Shown here in pieces: positions 46,490 through 55,000 of a DNA stretch of 64,000 bases. The notes beneath the pieces are model-generated. The model was given only the letters and a program-made list of their open reading frames with translations. It was not told the DNA's origin and searched no databases. The stretch is from IMG/VR virus record IMGVR_UViG_3300034418_007369, positions 16,292-80,291 of that record. One strand, written 5' to 3'. The position numbers and the translations under genes are program-made. The DNA is from a virus. How positions within the stretch are numbered: the first letter of the stretch is position 1; each line of letters opens with the position of its first letter.

Positions 46490-47785
46490 TTATCTGGCCT
46501 CAACCCTAAACAGAAATTGAACCTCGTGACATGTGTTTTGAATAAATCTATAAATATCTTCATCGGCAAATTTAGGAAATAATTGTTTGGCCCTATCGAA
46601 CCATTGAGTAGGAATATATTGCTTACTTTGAAGTTTTAGTTTTTTATTCATATCGTGCCACCAAGCCTCTTCAAACTCATCAAAGTGCTGAATCATATGC
46701 TCGCTAATCACATGAAGGTGTCCCGGACACATCGCCATCTCTTGCCCAAAATGAGGAACTTTAATTGTTACACTCGCTCCAACTCTACAAATACGCGCAA
46801 TATCTCTAATCAAAATAGAAACATTTGGCACATGCTCTAAACAATGAGATGAATATACCTCGTCAACGAAATCATCTGGTAAAGGTATCCCCATCGAAAA
46901 ATCTGCCTGAATATCTACCCTTGGGTCATCCAGTATATCACAATTTATAAAACCCTCCCTTGGGTAAATACCTCCACCAATATCAATTTTTATACCTTGA
47001 GAAAAATCGAATTTAGATTTTAGCTTTTGTAGCATTTCTTCACTTAACATGAGCCTCATAATCTCCTCTCTTTTTAGGCAGGGATTGTAGTCTTTACCCC
47101 TGTAAATTTTCCAAAATCTAGAACAGTATGCATTAGAACAATCTTCCGGCACCCCTTCTGGGGCCAGTTTTATTAGCGGTAATAGGTTGTAACCGTGCTC
47201 AACAATATATTGAACATCGAGATAATTATGTATGTGATGTAGATCAATACATTCATCAAGTTTTCCATATCTGTCGATTTTATCATTGATAAAACTATCT
47301 ATTTTATTTTCATGTACAACATGAACCAAATCATAAACATTATCATAAGCCCTACCCCTCGCGTCTGACGATCTAGAAAAAACATATACACATTCGTCAT
47401 CGTATGAATGATTACAAATATAGGACACGAAGTCTTCTTCCATAATAAGGTCCGATCTAATCAAAATAGTTAATTTTTTTGACAGTTCACTTAAAGCAAA
47501 GTGGGCCGTAGAAAACTGTAAAGAATCTTTCTCGTCTATGAGCAGTATATCTTTCAATAGCGGGAAGTCTTTTAAAGATTCTAGAACCTCGGATGGAGTA
47601 GAATAGTATGTAGCAAAATAAACATCTACATCATATTTTTTAGATAGTTTTTTGACAAGGTTTTCGTAATGAACACGAACCTGAGAAAAATCTATGGTGT
47701 AAGGCCACCACAAAGAACCATGAAAAGGGATTCTATTTTCTTTATAGAGATAACCTCTAATAATAAGATTAAGCCTCTTTTCCAT
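46490..47785 (-). CDS. fusion of an N-terminal GT-like/unknown domain and a type-11 methyltransferase
   Basis: C-terminal DIGGG...NCD...PLPDDFVDEVYSSHCLEH; N-terminal LIIRG...DVYFATY...RSDL. Confidence 0.7.
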   Translation of the reverse strand: MEKRLNLIIRGYLYKENRIPFHGSLWWPYTIDFSQVRVHYENLVKKLSKKYDVDVYFATYYSTPSEVLESLKDFPLLKDILLIDEKDSLQFSTAHFALSELSKKLTILIRSDLIMEEDFVSYICNHSYDDECVYVFSRSSDARGRAYDNVYDLVHVVHENKIDSFINDKIDRYGKLDECIDLHHIHNYLDVQYIVEHGYNLLPLIKLAPEGVPEDCSNAYCSRFWKIYRGKDYNPCLKREEIMRLMLSEEMLQKLKSKFDFSQGIKIDIGGGIYPREGFINCDILDDPRVDIQADFSMGIPLPDDFVDEVYSSHCLEHVPNVSILIRDIARICRVGASVTIKVPHFGQEMAMCPGHLHVISEHMIQHFDEFEEAWWHDMNKKLKLQSKQYIPTQWFDRAKQLFPKFADEDIYRFIQNTCHEVQFLFRVEAR

Positions 47786-48206
47786 GCTTTAGCACTCTCT
47801 TCTTTATTTCGGAAGAGCTTATACCCTTCGTATATGGGATATAAACTAAAACAATTTTATTCAAGTCTAACCACTCTTGAGAAAATCTCATTTGAGAATA
47901 GTAGTCTTTGTTAACCCAGTCGTCGCCAATGGCTATAATATGAGGACGAACACTCATAATAGCCGGTTTACTATCGGCGCCAAAAGTGTTTTCTATAATA
48001 TCATCAACATACTGACAATGAAGTAAAGCCAGTCTTCTCTCTTCATAAGAAAAAACCGGCTCACTTTTGTATGACCGAATAAAACTATCCGTATTTAAAG
48101 AGACGACAACTCTATCCGAAATCTGCTTACACTTCTTTAAAAAATTAAAATGACCATAGTGCAGCAGATCGAAAGTCCCGCCGGTATAAAGAACCCTCTG
48201 AGACAT
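47769..48206 (-). CDS. cytidylyltransferase (TagD/glycerol-3-phosphate cytidylyltransferase-like)
   Basis: TGGTFDLLHYGH (HxGH), GDDW, YTKGISSS. Confidence 0.88.
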   Translation of the reverse strand: MSQRVLYTGGTFDLLHYGHFNFLKKCKQISDRVVVSLNTDSFIRSYKSEPVFSYEERRLALLHCQYVDDIIENTFGADSKPAIMSVRPHIIAIGDDWVNKDYYSQMRFSQEWLDLNKIVLVYIPYTKGISSSEIKKRVLKHGKEA

Positions 48207-49168
48207 CACAGGTACTCTAGAGACACATAGAGTCCATACTGCTCCTTAGATCCAAGAGATAAAGGACTTGCAGACAAAGCTATTGCCCATGTGTGATGAG
48301 TATCGACGCCGGTTCCACCGTATGTTCTTGGCAGATTAGTAGATGACGAGCCATCGCCAAACTGAACCGCCGAACTGTGCCAAGTCAATTGATTACTTGA
48401 GCTTGTTAAATATTGCGTCCACTTTGGCCAAACCAATCCGGTTCCGCTAACGACCTCGCTAGCCTGAAGGCCCTTTTGACCACTTCCGGGAGAATCCAAA
48501 AGAGGAACAACAAGACCGCTACCGCCAACAGTTTCATCATCTCCAGTATAAGCGCCAAGCCTAGCATCACCATTTACGGCACTGGAGCTATCCAGCCCAT
48601 TATAGAAAACGGTACCAAGACTATTTGTATAATAATTCTTAGTAACAAGCTCTGCTGGCCAAGGCTCACCCCACCAAAAAGCGTCCCCGCTGCCAACAAC
48701 AGGAGAAGAAACTCCAGCAGACCCCTGAGACGTATATGTAGAACCACCAAAGTTTACAATTTCAGCGACTTTTGTATTTACACCACTAGCCGGGGCATTT
48801 ATGTAAGACCTATCATACACTCTAAGCTGGCAGTTTTGAACCTTTACAGCGGAAGTGTGTCCAAACCTAATGCCAACAGTAGATTGAAAACTAGGAACTC
48901 CACTCAGCCCAACAGAATATGCCGGTCCAGTATGGTCAACCTCACACATCCCGCTTGGAAAAGTATCACCAACATATTTTATATTCGTTACTGAAGAACC
49001 GATAGTGGCACCATTGGCAGATGATATGTTGGTTCTAGCTTGATACGAGCCTATCTGAACAGATGATCCAGCGGAAGCGCCAAAAAACCCAAGACCAGAA
49101 CCAGAAAGCGTCTCTACGCTCGGTGTCGCATCACTATTGTTTAATATTTGAAAATCTATTGTCGCCAT
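48206..49168 (-). CDS. putative virion structural protein (S/G-rich)
   Basis: AGGAG RBS; candidate late promoter upstream; beta-rich S/G/T composition. Confidence 0.55.
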   Translation of the reverse strand: MATIDFQILNNSDATPSVETLSGSGLGFFGASAGSSVQIGSYQARTNISSANGATIGSSVTNIKYVGDTFPSGMCEVDHTGPAYSVGLSGVPSFQSTVGIRFGHTSAVKVQNCQLRVYDRSYINAPASGVNTKVAEIVNFGGSTYTSQGSAGVSSPVVGSGDAFWWGEPWPAELVTKNYYTNSLGTVFYNGLDSSSAVNGDARLGAYTGDDETVGGSGLVVPLLDSPGSGQKGLQASEVVSGTGLVWPKWTQYLTSSSNQLTWHSSAVQFGDGSSSTNLPRTYGGTGVDTHHTWAIALSASPLSLGSKEQYGLYVSLEYL

Positions 49169-49188
49169 TGTTTATCTCCTTTAAGTAT

Positions 49189-49199
49189 ATATACACAAT
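49189..49199 (-). promoter_or_regulatory. candidate phage late promoter motif ATTGTGTATAT
   Basis: Reverse complement of ATATACACAAT; intergenic, 20 nt upstream of ATG 49168; identical to 4264-4274. Confidence 0.5.
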
Positions 49200-49220
49200 A
49201 ACTATTGTATTTTGAATATT

Positions 49221-49781
49221 TTATAAGAAAAAAGCCCTATCTCTAATTTGATCGCCTTGCTCGTTTTTGCTCCACAGGAAAACACAAATCGTACACCTTG
49301 GCTGTGGACCAACAACCTTTAAAACCTCATGAAAACTCTCATCAGTACACCTGAACAGTGTCAGCTGGTTAAATTCTGGAAGAACCTTTGTTTCGTTCAA
49401 AACAAACTCGCCACCCCAAGAATCTTCCCAATGAGGATTTACAGACAGCACACAACTATATTCTCTTTTCCATCCAGTGGATCGCATGAGAGACGAATCT
49501 AAGTGCCTACTCAAAAACCCACCACCTGTAAGCATGTGCATACCAGCCCCATGAAGCTCTAAATCAGCGAACACATCGCCAGAAACATATGGAGACACCG
49601 CTTCGATCATACTATATATACACCTATTTGCTATATCCGGCAAATCCTTGTGACTCTTCGTTGCATATTTTTCTGCATTTTTATCACTATAATGATGCCA
49701 AATCCTAGAGTTTGGATCTGGCCAAGAATGCCACAAAGACCTCAAAATCAAGGGGTCTATAGCATTATTTATTATTTGCAT
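49221..49781 (-). CDS. 2OG-Fe(II) oxygenase (prolyl-hydroxylase-like family)
   Basis: HGAGMH, RHLD (HxD), WGGEF, PEFN, FHEV (distal His), R-C-T. Confidence 0.85.
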   Translation of the reverse strand: MQIINNAIDPLILRSLWHSWPDPNSRIWHHYSDKNAEKYATKSHKDLPDIANRCIYSMIEAVSPYVSGDVFADLELHGAGMHMLTGGGFLSRHLDSSLMRSTGWKREYSCVLSVNPHWEDSWGGEFVLNETKVLPEFNQLTLFRCTDESFHEVLKVVGPQPRCTICVFLWSKNEQGDQIRDRAFFL

Positions 49782-50226
49782 CTTCTATCTTCCTTTGCTT
49801 TTTAACAGCCAAATAAAACATCTTTGATGCCATCGCAGATTTTATTTTTCTTGGCATATATGAAATACCATATCCAAGCATGTCTGATTTTTTTACTAGG
49901 TATTCGACAATTTCTTTTTCTCTTCTTAAACACTCGTCCACGCCCCAAATATTCATTTTGACCTCATAATCAGCGCAACCGCATGACTCTGGAGGTATTT
50001 TGTCCAACATGTTTTTTGGTATAGATTTTTCTATAATCTTCTTTAACATGGAGCCAACCCCAGTCTCTGACTTGCTTTTTAGCTCTTCTATTATCTCCTT
50101 CTTGTTTATTAAGATATATCTTTGATGATCCGGCGAACACATTTTCCAGTTCTCAACAAATAAAAACTTCTTTTTGGATAATGATGCTTCATATCCCCAT
50201 TTACGTATTTGATCTAAATGACTCAT
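49765..50226 (-). CDS. hypothetical protein
   Basis: GGAGGG RBS before ATG 50226; GVGSMLKK...CGC...MNIWG..EC motif. Confidence 0.65.
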   Translation of the reverse strand: MSHLDQIRKWGYEASLSKKKFLFVENWKMCSPDHQRYILINKKEIIEELKSKSETGVGSMLKKIIEKSIPKNMLDKIPPESCGCADYEVKMNIWGVDECLRREKEIVEYLVKKSDMLGYGISYMPRKIKSAMASKMFYLAVKKQRKIEDANNK

Positions 50227-51313
50227 GTTCCTCCCTCCATTGTTCAAGATCAGGCAAAACCTTCTCCCAAGTTGATGATTCATATAAACTTTCACCACGA
50301 TAAAGCGGCCTAAAAAGGCAATAACCCTCATCTCTACTGAAGTGTTTACCAACATAGGACTCTGCGCCCCACCATCTATTGCACATTTCCTGCCACCTTC
50401 TATTTTCAAATATTCTCTTCGATCTGCCCCACCAAAATGCGCCCGAATAATGCCACTTATGCGGCGTTGTTTGAAAAGCGGAAGTTGATTTAAACGAACC
50501 CGCCACCGGATATCCTGACTCCATAGCAACTTTGACCTCTTCCCAATTACGGACGCACGTTTCGTACATAACATCATTCCAATGATTTATATTTAAAGAA
50601 TTATGAGTATGCTGCTGCTGCCCCTTGCCATGCGCAAAGCATATAGCTCCGTCTTTGTATCTTGAAGCAATAATCTTGAGAGCTGGAACAAAACCAACCT
50701 TTTCTCTTTGCTTAGGGTCATTAGCAACCGTAATAACATCCGTAAAAATCTCTTCTAACTGAAATCTAAATTGTTCATGTATGGTTTGGCCGTCAATCGC
50801 AATAACACAAACCCTTTTTCCATCGAAAAGATCTATGCTTTTTTTAAGCTGCTCTATATGATATAGAACCGAATTTTCATATTTTGGATAGAGGAAAAAA
50901 TAAAGATGTTTTTTAAAATTATTCGCGAAGACATCTCTATTGATATCATATGATCTACTATATTTAAACGGATTTTTATTTCTTCTTCCGGTGGACACCT
51001 TCTCTAAACACCATTTACACATTCCAAAATGCTCATTAACTCTTTCTAGTCTTTCGCAAGAGGGACATATGACCGGAACATAATTCCATAATCCAAGCGG
51101 ACAAGCGCAAGATAATCTACGAACCCCATTTTCTATTATAGATCTATGAGGCTTGTGTTTTGCGGCAACAATCTCGCACACGCCATCCTTATTTCTAGGA
51201 CACTGAGAACAAACCATAGTTCTAGATTCCGCCAAGCCTTCTAGACTAGACATGCCGGGAACTACTAATTTTATATCCTGTCTAAAATTATTTTTATCTG
51301 AAGGTATAGCCAT
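50201..51313 (-). CDS. Cys-rich N-terminal domain plus putative glycosyltransferase-like domain
   Basis: CSQC...C...CPLGLW; C-terminal FAHGKG...WHYSGAFWW...AE. Confidence 0.55.
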   Translation of the reverse strand: MAIPSDKNNFRQDIKLVVPGMSSLEGLAESRTMVCSQCPRNKDGVCEIVAAKHKPHRSIIENGVRRLSCACPLGLWNYVPVICPSCERLERVNEHFGMCKWCLEKVSTGRRNKNPFKYSRSYDINRDVFANNFKKHLYFFLYPKYENSVLYHIEQLKKSIDLFDGKRVCVIAIDGQTIHEQFRFQLEEIFTDVITVANDPKQREKVGFVPALKIIASRYKDGAICFAHGKGQQQHTHNSLNINHWNDVMYETCVRNWEEVKVAMESGYPVAGSFKSTSAFQTTPHKWHYSGAFWWGRSKRIFENRRWQEMCNRWWGAESYVGKHFSRDEGYCLFRPLYRGESLYESSTWEKVLPDLEQWREEHESFRSNT

Positions 51314-51348
51314 TAAAATTTCTCATACAAGTTAAACGCTGGTTATTA

Positions 51349-52014
51349 TTAAATAAGTGGTTCGCCCGTAACAATGGGGAGACTTAAACAATTTTTACAT
51401 TGACTATCGCATAGCGGCCCAACGTGGTCATCGCGTTGCCATCCCTCATCTGCATACCCCTTGTCTGGATCATCTGGAAAACGATCAACAAGATCAGTTA
51501 AATCCATAGCTGGAAATACACGATCCAAAAACATAGAACAGCGGTAGTCATTATCTAAAACTTCAACACCATCCCAAGCTAAAGTAAAATCTTTATCCAT
51601 TATCCTCTTCCGCCTCTGCGCCCATTCATTTAACTCAGCCTCATAACTTTCATCAGGCGGCTGATTATCTTTAGGATTCCAGTCAAAATCGTTCCAGCAA
51701 TATTCTATAACCCAATAAAAACCCCAGTAAAATTTAGGCGCTATAGTATCATAAGATTCTCCAAAATAGAGAATATGGGATTCGCCATAAATGTCTCTCA
51801 TTGGAGGGCTATCAGGAGTTGGCCCCCATCCAGAGCTTGGCTCTACACCATTAATGTAAACAAAGAATGTTTTCCTAGAACAGTTATCAAGACAACAGCA
51901 CCCGCGATAAAATACAATCCTACCATCTCTAAAAAAGGGTTTGCCCTTTTTAAAAAAGATACCGGTGTCATTAGTATCCCTAAACCCCTCAAAAATATAA
52001 TCACTATCTGTCAT
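51349..52014 (-). CDS. putative tail-associated protein
   Basis: Coupled to the large tail gene; CCC motif; its body resembles a C-terminal insert of the 1770-aa protein. Confidence 0.55.
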   Translation of the reverse strand: MTDSDYIFEGFRDTNDTGIFFKKGKPFFRDGRIVFYRGCCCLDNCSRKTFFVYINGVEPSSGWGPTPDSPPMRDIYGESHILYFGESYDTIAPKFYWGFYWVIEYCWNDFDWNPKDNQPPDESYEAELNEWAQRRKRIMDKDFTLAWDGVEVLDNDYRCSMFLDRVFPAMDLTDLVDRFPDDPDKGYADEGWQRDDHVGPLCDSQCKNCLSLPIVTGEPLI

Positions 52015-55000
52015 TAAGATTCCTCACACGTATTTCCTTCGATATATTCATCATCGAGATCACAATGCCACCAAATATCTACTTTCTTTCTTTCTATGTT
52101 TACACCGCGAGTCCCAAACGTTATATCCGTGACCATCGTCACGGTGTCGAACATATCCATCCACAAGATAGCCCAATAACAGTCATACTCACCATCATTT
52201 TGGACATAGACAGCCGACCCCTTTCTGCCCTTAATATCATCAGCAGTTCTACCATACAAAAACGCATCCAAAGTATCAACAACGGTCACTCTTCCATCAG
52301 ACTCCTCTGGAACGGAAGTAGAACCACAAGGTCTTGCTAAAATAGTCACCTGTATAGATTGTTGACTTGTAGGCTCTGGCAGATTCTTGCAGTTGTTGGC
52401 GGTATCACAATTATCTGGGTCTACTCTAGCTGGGTCTATTGGAATCAAATCGACAGAATCCCATCCCGCTGGCTGAATTAATATAGCTTCTTTAGTGTCT
52501 TCTATGGTGTCTCTATCTGTAGACATTCTTCCGTGATCGTTAAAATACCAATCACTATTTCCGCCGTTTTGTTCCTCCAGATTTTCAACCCAAGTTACCA
52601 TGTCGTTGCTATCAGCCCACTCCAAAGCATTAAAATCATCATTACATATTCTATATATCCATCCATACGTAAGGTATGCATCCCCATCGCTTTGAATGTC
52701 ATAGGAATAACCCTTCCAGACTATTTCCCATCCATCTGGAAAACCCGGATACTCATGCGGGTCTTCGGAAGGAGCCTGAGTTCCTTGGCCCGCGCTCAAT
52801 CTATTTATAGTTACATAAATAATTTGCGCGGTAGGTACGTCTGTATATCCATCTGTTTCAAACAGGATAATATCTCCACCACCACCACCACCTTTTACTG
52901 GAACCCATTCATAATTAATTCTCTGAACCATTATAAAAGAATTATCACCAGCACTCTGGGTCAGAGAGGGATCTCTGTTGTATCCAGTTATTGTTTCACC
53001 TTTTAAAGCTAACGCATCTTGTCCTTTCGGAGTATTAATTTTTCTTAAAACTTCAACTTCAAAAGTCGTTGGATTATATGGACTGGGCGGCGCGGTTATA
53101 TCGGTTTTTAAAATTCCAACAAGAATATCATGCCCGCCAGACCAAACCTTTCGCTCCTTATCCCACATCAACTTAACTGGGCCTGTCTCCCATTTTGTTC
53201 TATCGTCAGACGAGGACTGATCGAAAACCGTAATATCTTCTTCTGTTCCCGAACCTTGGTCAGAAGCCTGAAAAGGCACAGGATTATTTGCTAGGTCATA
53301 TCCCCAGCCAGACATAACCGCTGGACCCCTAAGACCAACGCTTCTGATTTTTGAAATTGATGTTGTTTCAACCTTTCTTATTTGCAAATCTTCAGTCAGA
53401 TCTTGCGCGCCATCGACCTCGTTTATAACAGAATGGTAGTCGGTTTTTGCTAAAAACTGCCCACCGTCATCTTCTTGTTGATAAAGATTTCTAGGAAAAT
53501 ATGGATCTATATCTTCAGAACCCGGAATCGCGGCGCCTCTTGAAAAAGACGCGCTTTCACTAGAAACTTCCACGTATTCTATTTTTGGAACCTCGTCAGA
53601 AGAAGTAGCCTCTTTGTTCTTCGCTGTTTGATATGGTGAAAATATCTGCTCCTGAGAACACGTAAAACTTTTCTTGTACTGCGCCCAAGGATCATTAGCT
53701 AAAGAATTATAGGAAGTACCAAAAGCATCATTTAAATCTGAAACCGCCCCCTCAAAAGATTTAGCCGGAGCCTCCGAAATATGCGCAGCCCCAAGCGAGC
53801 CACCGGATCTTTGAAATTGAGTAAAGCCAAGGGCGGTTCCATTACCTCTATTTCTCTGATGTCTATCGTCTTTTTGGAAAGCAAAAATCTTATTTGCATA
53901 TGTGATGATTGGAGCCTTTTCTAATCTACCCCTTAAAAACTTCAACGCCCCAACCGTATCTTTATAGATTCTACTTAATCTATCAGCATTAAATTTTGCC
54001 AATTTTCCAAACTTAGGAGTCCAAGTATTAAATTCATAATCTGTATATATTCCACCCACATCAACAGAGCAAGATATACTTGTGACATATGGCCCACTTC
54101 CCGCAAGCCTGTCTGATATATTGAACGCAGGCTTTTCGGCAACTCTAACTCTACCAGATTCATTGCTAGTAACTTCTGCAAGATTCGACTCTACATATGA
54201 CAAACCCATTTGGTTCATCGCATCAACACTGCCAAAATTTTCAGGAGCTAGATTTGTATCAAAGCCAACCTGAGACCTGCCGTTAGTCCCGTTGAAAGAG
54301 AACCAAGGCCCCCAAGAATACCTATTACTAACTTGAGGCATACCAAATAAACCCGGAGCAACAATCCTTGGTGGCATTTCAATATTCGCAAGCTGATGAG
54401 AAAATCCTATAAGCTGATCCTCGGAAATTGATATTCCAAAGAATTTATGAGCAAAATAAACTAAGCCCATTCTTGGGCCAGTCCAGATATCAACCTCTTT
54501 AACCTGAGCGCCAGCATCAACAACAACACATGGGACACCATCATTGCCCGGATCAAGAGCGCAATTATCGCCGTTAGTACTCCTAAAATCTGTCCAGTAA
54601 ACGAATTCACCCCCGCTCGCATATCCAGCAGTAGAGCTAGCGACACCGAATAAGCCATTATAATTATAAAAACCATAATTTTGACCAAGAGCATTATAAT
54701 CATAAAAATTACTAGCACCCCATACAGCAATAGGCTTCATCTTTCCTGTATCATCGTAAAAATTCAAGTCATCAACTGGCTTTTCCTCGACCCAAGCAGA
54801 AGCAGATGGCGCCCAAGCCGCAACCTGATCGTTTAAACTTGCGTATTGGTCTATGGGGCGTTCGTTTTTATATTTTAAGTTATTATCTATGCCGCCCGGC
54901 TCCTCTGGAACCGCCGCGAGAAATACGCGACCAAAAAAGTTGTTAGCGCATTTCTGCACAGCGTTCCATATGGCCTCAACCCTTTGCTCTCTGAAAACCT

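Noticed and set aside
27729-48206. Bacterial chromosomal O-antigen or capsule locus
   Set aside because: No flippase, polymerase, chain-length or ABC export genes; the cluster is coupled to phage replication genes and flanked by tail genes.
49221-49781. TET/JBP-type DNA base oxygenase
   Set aside because: Motifs and size fit the prolyl-hydroxylase-like 2OG-Fe(II) family, and no DNA methyltransferase partner is adjacent; not fully excluded without a profile search.
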